Origin: Spirochaetales bacterium
GTDB lineage: Bacteria > Spirochaetota > Spirochaetia > JAIPGG01
Length of the DNA stretch: 64,000 nucleotides
Direction: 5' to 3'
Assembly: GCA_021736255.1 (NCBI GenBank)
Contig: JAIPGG010000001.1
Span: 11,506-75,505, forward strand
The notes beneath the pieces were generated by a model. The model was not told the origin of the DNA and searched no databases. It was given only the letters and a program-made list of their open reading frames with translations. Below are positions 38,855-47,932 of this stretch, piece after piece. Positions within the stretch are counted from its first letter, which is position 1, and each line of letters starts with the position of its first letter. The position numbers and the translations under genes are program-made.

Positions 38855-39886
38855 ATGAAGCTTACAATCAAGAATATGCAGAACTTTGTCCTGTTTGTTA
38901 TCCTCTTAGCTGTGGTTGCCGTTATTTCGATTTCCCTGCCGGATAAGTTCTTGACTGCAATCAATTTTCAATCCATGACCAGCCAATTTCCCGAATTCGG
39001 TTTGATGGCCCTTGCTATGATGATGGCAATGATAACCGGCGGTATCGATCTCTCGGTGGTTTCCGTCGCAAACCTATCGGGAGTAATGGCCGCTCTGGTG
39101 TTGACCTCTCAGTTAGGCGCAGACGGCGGAATTTCCGCTACTATGTTGATTGTTTTGGCGATTATTGTAGCACTTGTTACCTCGGTTGTGGCAGGAGCGA
39201 TTAATGGATTAATTATTACATTAGCCGGAGTGCCGGCTATCTTGGCAACCTTAGGAACTCAGGGTCTCTTTTTGGGCATAGCAATCGTAATCACCGAAGG
39301 GCACAGCATCAGCGGTTTCCCACCGGAGTATCTCTTTGTCGGAATGGGGCAAATATTGGGATTGCCTATGCCGTTGGTCATCTTTTTGATCACGATAGCG
39401 TTGCTGCTGGTAATTATGAAGAAAACCCGTCAGGGGTTTAATATGTACGTGGTAGGCGCTAATCCTATTGTTTCACGGTTTTCGGGAGTGAACAATACGA
39501 GAGCCCTGATTCAGACATACATGTTGACCGGTCTTATGGCGGGTATTGCCTCGATAATCATAATCTCCAGGGTTAATTCTATGCGTCCCGGCTACGGTTC
39601 CGCCTATCTGCTGCAGGCAGTTTTGGTAACCGTTATGGGGGGCACCGATCCCCGGGGCGGATTTGGTAATGTTTTCGGTGTGGTTATGGCGGTTGTAATC
39701 CTGCAGGTTATTCAAAGTGGATTGAATATTATGTCGTTCAGTCCATTTTTCAAAAACTTTACCTGGGGCTTTATGCTGCTGCTGATTATGGTAATAAACT
39801 TCTATTTGAATAGATATCAGCAAGGAAGGCGAATAGCAGAAACAAAGAAGCGGGTAGCGGCGGAAGCGTCTGGCAATTCACCCTAA
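38855..39886 (+). CDS. Sugar ABC transporter permease (second subunit, LsrD-like)
   Basis: 343-aa polytopic membrane protein, paralogous to the preceding permease. Confidence 0.8.
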   Translation: MKLTIKNMQNFVLFVILLAVVAVISISLPDKFLTAINFQSMTSQFPEFGLMALAMMMAMITGGIDLSVVSVANLSGVMAALVLTSQLGADGGISATMLIVLAIIVALVTSVVAGAINGLIITLAGVPAILATLGTQGLFLGIAIVITEGHSISGFPPEYLFVGMGQILGLPMPLVIFLITIALLLVIMKKTRQGFNMYVVGANPIVSRFSGVNNTRALIQTYMLTGLMAGIASIIIISRVNSMRPGYGSAYLLQAVLVTVMGGTDPRGGFGNVFGVVMAVVILQVIQSGLNIMSFSPFFKNFTWGFMLLLIMVINFYLNRYQQGRRIAETKKRVAAEASGNSP

Positions 39887-39974
39887 AGGAAAGCTAGAGT
39901 AAGGCGGCGCTGAGTCTGTCTCATGTATCGCAGGACCGGAAAGAAGGCGGGCTGGTATATTTCAAAGCTTAACA

Positions 39975-40040
39975 GACAGCAGCCCGCACAAATTGTACTG
40001 TCCTGACAAATTGTGCCGCTCAAATAGACAGTGCCGCCAA
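39975..40040. promoter_or_regulatory. Candidate operator upstream of the E1-alpha gene: interleaved direct repeats (C/G)ACAAATTGT(A/G)C x2 and GACAG(C/T)(A/G)(G/C)C(C/G)GC x2
   Basis: 'cacaaattgtac' at 39988..39999 and 'gacaaattgtgc' at 40005..40016; 'gacagcagcccgc' at 39975 and 'gacagtgccgcc' at 40027. Confidence 0.25.
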
Positions 40041-40100
40041 TACCGATAGAATAGGAAGGAGAAAACGAGCACAAAGATTTATCAACGGGGAGAAGTGGAT

Positions 40101-41102
40101 ATGGGAAAGAATGATATTGACTCGCGAACCAAGCGTTCCTTGCTGAGGACGATGGTTCGAATACGGGAGTTTGAAGACAGCGTCGGAGAAATGCACCTCC
40201 GCGGTTTAACGGCGGGGTCAATGCTTCACTTGTCGGTAGGAGAAGAAGCGATTGCAGCCGGAATCGGTTTGGCAATGCAGGAAGGTGATGTTTTTACGAC
40301 TCATCATAGAGGGCACGGGATTTTCATCGCGAGAGGCGGTGAAATGAACAGGATGATGGCCGAAATTTTCGGAAAATCAGATGGATATTGCCGCGGGAAA
40401 GGCGGTTCGATGCACATTGCAGATGTTCATTACGGGCATTTGGGGGCAAACGCTATAGTAGGTGGAAATATTGCCATAGCGATGGGTGGCGGTTTTACTC
40501 AGAACTATCGGAAAACCTCCAATGTAAGCGTCGCCTTTTTCGGCGACGGTGCCTTGAATCAAGGTGTCCTGTACGAATCGATGAACATGGCTGCTCTCTG
40601 GGATTTGCCGGTGATGTTCGCTGTTGTTAACAATCAGTACGGGATGGGAACCCGAATCGACAGAGCCTCCGCCAGTCAGGAATTCGTCAAGCGCGGTGAG
40701 AGCTTTGGGCTGCGCTCCTTGCAGGTGGACGGAATGGATGTGGAAGCGGTCTATCAGGGGGCGAATCGGCTTTTTGAACACAGCAGGTCCGGAAAAGGGC
40801 CGACGTTTTTTATATGTGATGCATACAGGTTTTACGGTCATGGACGAAAAGATCCTAGCCCCTATCGGGAAAAGAACGAAGAGAAAAAATGGTGGGACCG
40901 CGATCCGATTCCCGCCTATAAAGATACATTGATCTCAGCTGATCTGATTTCAGATGCTGATTATCAGGAAGATCTTGATGCTGCCAAAGCCGAGGTTGCT
41001 GATGCTGTTGAGTTTGCCAAGAATTCGCAGGTGCCGGAGGAAAACGACTTGTACACCTATGTCTATGTTGATCCGATTGATGCTTCCGGGACTATCGGCT
41101 GA
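40101..41102 (+). CDS. TPP-dependent 2-oxoacid/acetoin dehydrogenase E1 component, alpha subunit
   Basis: TPP-binding 'FFGDGALNQGVLYESMNMAALWDLPVMFAVVNNQYG' (GDG...N motif). A GGAG RBS precedes the ATG at 40101; the listed ORF begins at GTG 40095. Confidence 0.8.
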   Translation: MGKNDIDSRTKRSLLRTMVRIREFEDSVGEMHLRGLTAGSMLHLSVGEEAIAAGIGLAMQEGDVFTTHHRGHGIFIARGGEMNRMMAEIFGKSDGYCRGKGGSMHIADVHYGHLGANAIVGGNIAIAMGGGFTQNYRKTSNVSVAFFGDGALNQGVLYESMNMAALWDLPVMFAVVNNQYGMGTRIDRASASQEFVKRGESFGLRSLQVDGMDVEAVYQGANRLFEHSRSGKGPTFFICDAYRFYGHGRKDPSPYREKNEEKKWWDRDPIPAYKDTLISADLISDADYQEDLDAAKAEVADAVEFAKNSQVPEENDLYTYVYVDPIDASGTIG

Positions 41103-41122
41103 AGCGGGGAAGGAGAGCGCAT

Positions 41123-42097
41123 ATGAGTGTCATGATGTATCGAGAGGCTTTACGCCTTGCTTTATATGAAGAGATGAAGCGGGATGACCGTGTGTTTCTG
41201 GCCGGAGAGGATGTTGGGTCATATGGTGGGGCTTATGCCGTTTCCCGCGGATTGATCCAGGAATTCGGGTCTGAACGGCTAGTGGGTACACCTATCAGTG
41301 AGGCTGCAATAATTGGAATGGGCATCGGAGCGGCAATGACCGGTTTAAGACCTGTCGTTGAACTGATGTATATCGATTTCGTCGGACTTGCAATGGATCA
41401 AATTGCCAATCAGGCGGCGAAATTCCGGTATATGAGCGGCGGTCAACTCAAGATCCCCATGGTTATGCGGATGCAGGGCGGGACCGGACGATCTGCCGGC
41501 GCACAACACTCACAGAGCCTCGAGGCATGGCTGGTTCATATCCCCGGGCTCAGGGTGGTAATGCCCGCTTCCGCCCGGGATGCCCGGGGGCTGCTCAAAA
41601 CGGCAATTCGCAGCGATGACCCGGTGGTTTTTATCGAGCACAAGGGCCTGTATGCCAAAAAAGAAGAGGTTCCCGAAGAGGAAGAGCTCGTGCCATTCGG
41701 AAAGGCCCGAATAGCCCGTTCGGGTTCGGATGTAACCCTCATCACCTATTCACGAATGGTGTATACTGCTCTTGAAGCGGCCGAAGAGGCGTCTGCGGGG
41801 GGAATCGACGTAGAGGTGATTGATCTCAGAACGCTCAACCCCCTCGATTATCATACGATCGAGAAATCGGTTCGAAAAACCGGGACGGTTGTTGTAGCAT
41901 ATGAGGCACATCGAAACGTCGGGATGGGAAGCGAAATCAGCGCCCGTATCGGGGAAGAACTCATGGATGTTTTGAAGCATCCGGTTGTTCGCATCGGTGG
42001 CAAGGATGTACCGATACCCGCTACGGTTCTCGAGAAGTATTCGATTCCCCAGAAGCAAGACCTTCTCGAAGGGATTGAACAGGCCGCAGGTCGTTAA
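41123..42097 (+). CDS. TPP-dependent dehydrogenase E1 component, beta subunit (transketolase-like pyrimidine-binding and C-terminal domains)
   Basis: 324 aa; 'EAAIIGMGIGAAMTGLRPVVELMYIDF' is the typical E1-beta. Confidence 0.8.
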   Translation: MSVMMYREALRLALYEEMKRDDRVFLAGEDVGSYGGAYAVSRGLIQEFGSERLVGTPISEAAIIGMGIGAAMTGLRPVVELMYIDFVGLAMDQIANQAAKFRYMSGGQLKIPMVMRMQGGTGRSAGAQHSQSLEAWLVHIPGLRVVMPASARDARGLLKTAIRSDDPVVFIEHKGLYAKKEEVPEEEELVPFGKARIARSGSDVTLITYSRMVYTALEAAEEASAGGIDVEVIDLRTLNPLDYHTIEKSVRKTGTVVVAYEAHRNVGMGSEISARIGEELMDVLKHPVVRIGGKDVPIPATVLEKYSIPQKQDLLEGIEQAAGR

Positions 42098-42141
42098 TCT
42101 CTGAAGCCGGGAAACCGGTACATGAAGAAAGGAGCTAGTGT

Positions 42142-42393
42142 ATGACGTATGAGGTAAAGATGCCCCAGTTAACAGAAACAATGGAGGCCGGTACAATCAT
42201 CGAGTGGAAGAAGGCCACTGGCGAGTACGTAGAAAAAGGGGAAAAACTTGTCGAGGTTGAAACAGACAAGATGACGTTTGAAGTCGAGGCATTGGACAGC
42301 GGATATCTCTGTGAGATATTCCATGAAGGAGATTCCGAGGTCCCTGTAGGAGAGTTGATCGCTAAACTCGCTGATTCGATGGACGAATGTTGA
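42142..42393 (+). CDS. Stand-alone biotinyl/lipoyl-domain protein (lipoyl carrier; the E2 catalytic domain is absent)
   Basis: 83 aa; 'VEVETDKMTFEVEA' carries the lipoyl-lysine in the ETDK(A/M) context, flanked by the hammerhead 'GTIIEWKK...GDSEVPVGELIA'. Confidence 0.7.
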   Translation: MTYEVKMPQLTETMEAGTIIEWKKATGEYVEKGEKLVEVETDKMTFEVEALDSGYLCEIFHEGDSEVPVGELIAKLADSMDEC

Positions 42394-42396
42394 ACG

Positions 42397-43041
42397 TTAT
42401 TTGTCCACAGCCTCGTTCTCTGAAGGAGGCTGTGGGGGAGTTATGGTGCGGCGTGAACGGGCGTAGGAAAGATCTTCCGTTTCCATCCCCCTTTTTTCCA
42501 GTTCATCGAGTATCAGCTCTGCCGTCCAGGAGGAGGCAAGACCGACTACGGAGGTGCAGCCGTCTGTATGAGCGCCTGCTTCTTCAAATGCCCGGCGTTC
42601 ATCGGTGTTCCAGATATCAAAACTCCGCCCGTAGAGCCGGCGGTGAATTTTGCCACAGAGGAGAGAACCGTATTTTTTCTGAAACCGTTCAGCCAACTGT
42701 TCGGCCATACGAAAAGATGCGTATTTCTCGTTTCGGTCTCCATCGAATCTCTCGCGGCTTCTACCGAAGAGGGTGCTCATGACCATTACACCCCCCGAGT
42801 AGCCGCCGCACGGGCCGAGTGTAGTCAGGCCTCCGCCGGTTGCGAGGCCGCTGCCGGCTTTGAATACATCGTCGTTTCGAATGTTTAGGGTATCCTGGAC
42901 AGCGGCGATGGTGCTTTGGGAACAGCCGCGGTAATCCCGTTCATAGGCGAATCCCAGGTCGTAGGCTTTTTGAATAAGTTCTTCCCTGTTTGCGATTGAC
43001 TGCATACCAAGGATTGTAATCCTGCGCAAGCTCCCAGTCAA
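42397..43041 (-). CDS. C_GCAxxG_C_C-family putative redox-active protein
   Basis: 'DYRGCSQSTIAAV' (CAQS-like) and 'TLGPCGGYSGGVMVMSTLFG' match the two conserved Cys segments of the family. The start may be the internal Met at 43005. Confidence 0.5.
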   Translation of the reverse strand: MTGSLRRITILGMQSIANREELIQKAYDLGFAYERDYRGCSQSTIAAVQDTLNIRNDDVFKAGSGLATGGGLTTLGPCGGYSGGVMVMSTLFGRSRERFDGDRNEKYASFRMAEQLAERFQKKYGSLLCGKIHRRLYGRSFDIWNTDERRAFEEAGAHTDGCTSVVGLASSWTAELILDELEKRGMETEDLSYARSRRTITPPQPPSENEAVDK

Positions 43042-43094
43042 TTGACGAAGGAATTTGGCCGGGAGAACGGAAACGATAGATTAATACAAAGGAG

Positions 43095-44111
43095 ATGGCC
43101 ATGAAGAAGTTTTTGAACAAACCGGAAAACTTTGTCGATGAGTTTCTCGAAGGAATTCTCATAGCTCATCCGGACAAGCTCGAGCATGTACAGGATGATT
43201 TGAGATGCATCGTTACGAAGAACAAGCAGCCCGGAAGAGTAGCTATTGCTACAGGAGGCGGCTCGGGACATCTGCCGCTGTTTCTCGGATATGTTGGAGA
43301 CGGGGTGATCGACGGATGCTCGGTAGGAGGAGTTTTTCAATCGCCGAGTGCGGAACAGATGTACAACGTGACCAAGCACATCGACAACGGCGCTGGAGTG
43401 CTGTATCTGTACGGTAATTACGGCGGAGACATTATGAATTTCGACATGGCCGCGGAAATGGCGGACATGGATGATATTCGGGTGGAGTCCTTTATTGCCG
43501 CCGACGATGTAGCTTCAGCCCCGAAGGGTGAAGAAGGAAAACGGCGGGGTGTTGCAGGTATCTTTTTTCTCTACAAGGTGGCTGGAGCGAAGGCGGACAA
43601 GAAGGCGAGCCTGGACGAAGTAAAAGCGGTAGTTGAAAAGGCTGCCTCCGGTACCCGCACGATGGGAGTGGCATTGACTCCCTGTATTGTTCCTGAAGTG
43701 GGAAAACCTTCCTTTCAACTCGGCGAAAACGAGATGGAGATCGGAATGGGCATTCATGGTGAACCCGGAATTCGCCGGGGAGAGATTCGCCCGGCAGATG
43801 AAGTAGTTGATGAGATGATGGAGGCAATTGTCGCCGATCTACCTTACAAGTCCGGTGACGAGGTGTCGGTATTGATCAACGGCCTGGGTGCAACACCGAA
43901 AGAAGAACTGTATTTGGTAAACAGGCGGGTTGCTCAATTTCTGAAAGAAAAAGAAATGACGGTCTATCGGACATTTGTGGACGAGTTCGCCGCCTCGCTG
44001 GAGATGGCCGGGTTCTCAATATCACTGATGAAGATGGACGGGGAGCTCAAAGAACTGATTGACGCTCCTGCAAATACGCCCTTCTATGCTCAGCATTCGT
44101 GCAATAACTGA
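43095..44111 (+). CDS. dhaK: Dihydroxyacetone kinase subunit DhaK (Dak1 domain)
   Basis: 'VAIATGGGSGHLPLFLGYVG' (GGGSGHEP-like substrate-binding loop), about 335 aa, 'GMGIHGEPG'. Confidence 0.8.
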   Translation: MAMKKFLNKPENFVDEFLEGILIAHPDKLEHVQDDLRCIVTKNKQPGRVAIATGGGSGHLPLFLGYVGDGVIDGCSVGGVFQSPSAEQMYNVTKHIDNGAGVLYLYGNYGGDIMNFDMAAEMADMDDIRVESFIAADDVASAPKGEEGKRRGVAGIFFLYKVAGAKADKKASLDEVKAVVEKAASGTRTMGVALTPCIVPEVGKPSFQLGENEMEIGMGIHGEPGIRRGEIRPADEVVDEMMEAIVADLPYKSGDEVSVLINGLGATPKEELYLVNRRVAQFLKEKEMTVYRTFVDEFAASLEMAGFSISLMKMDGELKELIDAPANTPFYAQHSCNN

Positions 44112-44127
44112 ACCGAACTGGAGGTGA

Positions 44128-44754
44128 ATGTATATGGACAGTGGACGAGCACAGAAGATCATTGAACGTATACGGCAAATCATGGCGGAACAAAAAGACT
44201 ATCTAATAGAGATAGACGGCCGAATGGGTGACGGCGATCTCGGCCTAACAATGGAAAAGGCCTTTACCGCTGCAGCGGACGAAATAAAAGACAAAGACAT
44301 TGAGGATGCCGGGAAACTGTTTATGAAAGCAGGAATGGTAATGGCCAAGGCTGCACCATCGACGATGGGAACCCTTGTGGCAACCGGCTTCATGCGCGGC
44401 GGAAAGGGGATGAGTGGAGAAACCGAAGCAGGAGAGCTCTCTACATTTTTTACATCATTTGTTGAGGGGCTGATGGAACGGGGAAAATCGAAACCCGGAG
44501 AAAAGACGATCATCGATGCTCTTCATCCTGCAGCACAAGCACTTGAAAAGGCTGCTGGTGAGGGAATAGGAGCTGTAGAAGCTTTGGAAGCTGCACTGTC
44601 GGCAGGCCGGAAAGGTTTGGAAGCAACGAAAGATATGGTAGCCCAGCATGGCCGAGTTGCCTATTATCAGGATCAGTCAAAAGGAATGGAAGATCCGGGG
44701 GCGACCGCCGGAGTGTTTATCCTCCGCGGCTTCCTCGATGTTTTCAAGGAGTAG
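44128..44754 (+). CDS. dhaL: Dihydroxyacetone kinase subunit DhaL (Dak2 ADP-binding domain)
   Basis: 'IDGRMGDGDLGLTM' Dak2 nucleotide-binding motif; 208 aa, all-helical. Confidence 0.75.
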   Translation: MYMDSGRAQKIIERIRQIMAEQKDYLIEIDGRMGDGDLGLTMEKAFTAAADEIKDKDIEDAGKLFMKAGMVMAKAAPSTMGTLVATGFMRGGKGMSGETEAGELSTFFTSFVEGLMERGKSKPGEKTIIDALHPAAQALEKAAGEGIGAVEALEAALSAGRKGLEATKDMVAQHGRVAYYQDQSKGMEDPGATAGVFILRGFLDVFKE

Positions 44755-44844
44755 AGGCCGTATGCAGATTATTTTAATCTGAATCAAACAAGCAATTGTG
44801 CCTGAAATTGCAGGGACAAAAAGGCCGGAGTAGACAAGGAGGCG

Positions 44845-45930
44845 ATGATGAGGTACCGCAAGCTTGGTAACAGTGGGCTAATCGTGAGTGCTTTTGCTCT
44901 CGGAACTATGCAGTTCGGAGAGAAAATGAATATGGGAGCACTCGGACAAAAAGAGACGAATAACATGGTATCAGCTGCAATCGACAGGGGAATCAACTTT
45001 ATCGATACGGCTGATGTCTACAGTCTCGGTGAGAGCGAAACACTTTTAGGGAATGCTCTCAAGGGAAAAAGGGAGGATATTGTACTTGCCTCCAAGGTTC
45101 GCCTTCCGATGAGCGACAATTTTAATCGGAGCGGCGCTACTCGCGTGAACATCATGCGGGGAATCGAAAGCAGCCTGAAACGTCTGCAAACTGACTACCT
45201 GGATCTGTATCAGCTGCATGGCTGGGACAGCAATACACCTTTGGAGGAAACCCTGCGGACTCTCGATGACCTTGTCCGCCAGGGTAAGGTCCGATATGTC
45301 GGCCTGAGCAACTATACCTCATGGCAGGCGGCTACTGCCATCGGTTTGCAAAAACAAGAAAATCTCGAGCGGTTTGTAACTGCACAGCTTCATTACAGCC
45401 TGGTCGATCGGGGTATAGAGCACGAGTGGCAGAGTTTTGCTGAATATTCAGGCCTGGGCATTCTGGTGTGGAGCCCGTTAGCCGGTGGATTTTTGTCCGG
45501 AAAGTACGACCGCGGCAATCCGCCTCCGGAGGGAACTCGTTTTCGCGAGGCCGGACAGTTTGTTCCATTTGACCGGGAACGGGGATTCAAGGTGGTGGAT
45601 GTTCTCAAGGAGGTTGCCTCGAAATACGGGGTGAGTCCTGCTCGCGTGGCTTTGAAATGGACTATGATTCAGCCGGGGATAAGCAGTGTGATCGTTGCGG
45701 CCAGGAAGCTCGAACATCTGGATGACAATATAGCGGCCCTCGATCTGGAGCTGGAGGAAAAAGACATAGCGAAGATAGATAAGGTTTCTCATCCGGGATT
45801 TCCCTACCCGAAGTGGATGGTGCTGCAGCTCGATGTTGCAGAAGATCCCAGACCGAAAATTCTCTATCCGGAAAGGTATGAATCCGGAGGAATGTGGAAT
45901 GATTTACGGGGAACCCAGTGGGAAGGATGA
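44845..45930 (+). CDS. Aldo/keto reductase family oxidoreductase
   Basis: 'YRKLGNSGLIVSAFALGTMQFG', 'INFIDTADVYS', 'VRYVGLSNYTSWQ' typical AKR motifs. Confidence 0.8.
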   Translation: MMRYRKLGNSGLIVSAFALGTMQFGEKMNMGALGQKETNNMVSAAIDRGINFIDTADVYSLGESETLLGNALKGKREDIVLASKVRLPMSDNFNRSGATRVNIMRGIESSLKRLQTDYLDLYQLHGWDSNTPLEETLRTLDDLVRQGKVRYVGLSNYTSWQAATAIGLQKQENLERFVTAQLHYSLVDRGIEHEWQSFAEYSGLGILVWSPLAGGFLSGKYDRGNPPPEGTRFREAGQFVPFDRERGFKVVDVLKEVASKYGVSPARVALKWTMIQPGISSVIVAARKLEHLDDNIAALDLELEEKDIAKIDKVSHPGFPYPKWMVLQLDVAEDPRPKILYPERYESGGMWNDLRGTQWEG

Positions 45931-45994
45931 TTCAGCTGCCTTTTCGGTACATTTTTCAATTACAACTTCTATAGAACAATAGGAATATCTACCC

Positions 45995-46030
45995 CAAAAA
46001 AAGGCCGCTCAGATTGAGCGTCCTTTTTGT
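45995..46030. terminator. Bidirectional rho-independent terminator between the convergent AKR and opuAC genes
   Basis: 'AAAAAAAGGCCGCTCA-gat-TGAGCGTCCTTTTTG': a GC-rich stem flanked by an A-tract upstream and a T-tract downstream. Confidence 0.6.
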
Positions 46031-46065
46031 TTCAAGAACTGTTCAGATTACTTCTGAAGCTGTCC

Positions 46066-46959
46066 TTACGGAAGCCAGTCTTCTACAACACTCTGGTTGT
46101 CATTGACCCACTTCTCTGCATTTTCATAGGGATCTGCGCCTTCTTCTTCATTCATGACCATGAGTTCACCGATTTCAGCATCGGTCATCTCGAAGTTGTC
46201 CAGAATGGCATAGGCTTCGGGCATATCCTCTTTCAGGCCCTGACGGACGATGGTCTTAATGACTTCAGCTTCGCCGAAGTACTTTACCCGGTCTCCGCCG
46301 CCTTCGAGGTATTTCAGATCCCAGCGACCGAACATCCAGTGAGGACTCCATCCGGGGACGGCGATCCACTCTTCGTTCTTGATAGCGGTTCCGAGAGCCG
46401 CGGTCATGGCGGCACTGCTTGAAGCCTTCAGCTCGATAGTGCCTTCCCAGCCCTTGTCTGCAATCAGGTCTTCTGTCTGCTGCATAACGCCGGCGCCTGC
46501 ATCGATACCAACAATCTCGTTGTCGAACTTGTCGGCATATTTTGCAAGATCATCAAGGGTTTCAGCTTCTACATAGGTAGGTACGACGATACCGCTCTTG
46601 GTTCCTTCGTACCAGGGGCCGAGATCTACAATGTCGCCCTTGTTCTTGGCAAAGTAGTCCTTATGGAGAGTAGGCAGCCAGGCTGCGAGGGTTACTTCCG
46701 AATCACCGGTGGCAAGGGCCTGCCAGATAGGTCCAATATCGACCATCTTGACGCTGGCGTTATAACCCTGCTGGTCGAGGACGTAATCCATCAGATGAGT
46801 AGCAGCTTCGCTGGCGGACCAGCCTGATACTGCGAGCAGTTCGATGTTTCCTTTCTCTTCAGCCTGTGCTGCTCCTTCCTGCTGTCCCTCTGCGAAGACC
46901 ATGCCGCTTGTTGCGACGAGCATTACAATAATCAATACACTAAGTAGTTTACGATTCAC
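46066..46959 (-). CDS. opuAC: Glycine betaine ABC transporter substrate-binding lipoprotein
   Basis: Signal peptide plus 'EGQQEGAAQAEE' linker; the OpuAC/ProX fold pattern ('GWSASEAATHLM', 'WLPTLH'). Confidence 0.75.
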   Translation of the reverse strand: MNRKLLSVLIIVMLVATSGMVFAEGQQEGAAQAEEKGNIELLAVSGWSASEAATHLMDYVLDQQGYNASVKMVDIGPIWQALATGDSEVTLAAWLPTLHKDYFAKNKGDIVDLGPWYEGTKSGIVVPTYVEAETLDDLAKYADKFDNEIVGIDAGAGVMQQTEDLIADKGWEGTIELKASSSAAMTAALGTAIKNEEWIAVPGWSPHWMFGRWDLKYLEGGGDRVKYFGEAEVIKTIVRQGLKEDMPEAYAILDNFEMTDAEIGELMVMNEEEGADPYENAEKWVNDNQSVVEDWLP

Positions 46960-47026
46960 GTTTACCTCCTTGCATGAATCACTTGTCTATAATTAACGGG
47001 ATGAATCACCCCGCTATCTCCATTAT

Positions 47027-47932
47027 TTATTCAGTTTCTGCCGGGCTTTTTCGTCTTCTCCCGGCTACGTTCTGCGTAATTCGGTCAAGAAGCATTGCGA
47101 CTATTACAACGCCGAGTCCGGCCTCGAAGGCCTCTCCCGGTCTGAAGCGCGTCAATGCCGCCAGCACCTTTCCACCAAGTCCGCCTGCTCCGATCATTGC
47201 TGCAATAACGACCATGGAGAGGGCCAGCATGATGGTCTGGTTGATTCCCGCCATAATGGTGGGTTTGGCCAGAGGAAGCTGCACCTTCAAAAGTTTCTGT
47301 GCAGGGGTTGTTCCAAAGGATTCGGATGCCTCGATCAGTTCCTTGTCGATCTGCCGGATGCCGAGGTTGGTTAACCGGATAGCCGGCGGTACGGCGAAGA
47401 TCATGGTTGCAAAGGCTGCAGCTACTGTTCCCAGACCGAAGAACGGGATCATCGGTATAAGATAAACAAACGGAGGCATCGTCTGCATAAAGTCGAGTAT
47501 CGGTGTGATCACCTTATTGACTCGATCGTCCAATGCCGCCCAGATGCCGAGGGGAATGCCGACAATCAGCGCAAGAATGGTGGAAAGCAGGACCAGTACG
47601 ATTGTGTATATCGTAGCGTCCCACAGCTGCAGGTTCCAGGTGACCAAAAGCCCGATCAGGGCAAATATTCCCAGATTCCTGCCGATGAACTTCCATACAA
47701 CAAAGGTTATCACGGCGATTACAACAAGCGTGGGTACCGCTATGATCCCCTCTCCGAGTCCTTCTACACCGGTTTCGATAAAATTGGAAGCTATTTTGGT
47801 TACACCTGCAAGAGCTTCCGTCAGGAAATCGAGTATAGCGAGGGTAATCTTGTCCAACGGGAATTTGGGTAGTTCGAAATTGAATATATTACTCATCATA
47901 CATTTGTTCTCCCTGTTCTGCGAGGGCGGCAA
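47027..47932 (-). CDS. opuAB: Glycine betaine/proline ABC transporter permease
   Basis: Polytopic membrane protein with the ABC permease EAA-like region; the OpuAB/ProW pattern. Confidence 0.8.
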   Translation of the reverse strand: MPPSQNRENKCMMSNIFNFELPKFPLDKITLAILDFLTEALAGVTKIASNFIETGVEGLGEGIIAVPTLVVIAVITFVVWKFIGRNLGIFALIGLLVTWNLQLWDATIYTIVLVLLSTILALIVGIPLGIWAALDDRVNKVITPILDFMQTMPPFVYLIPMIPFFGLGTVAAAFATMIFAVPPAIRLTNLGIRQIDKELIEASESFGTTPAQKLLKVQLPLAKPTIMAGINQTIMLALSMVVIAAMIGAGGLGGKVLAALTRFRPGEAFEAGLGVVIVAMLLDRITQNVAGRRRKSPAETE

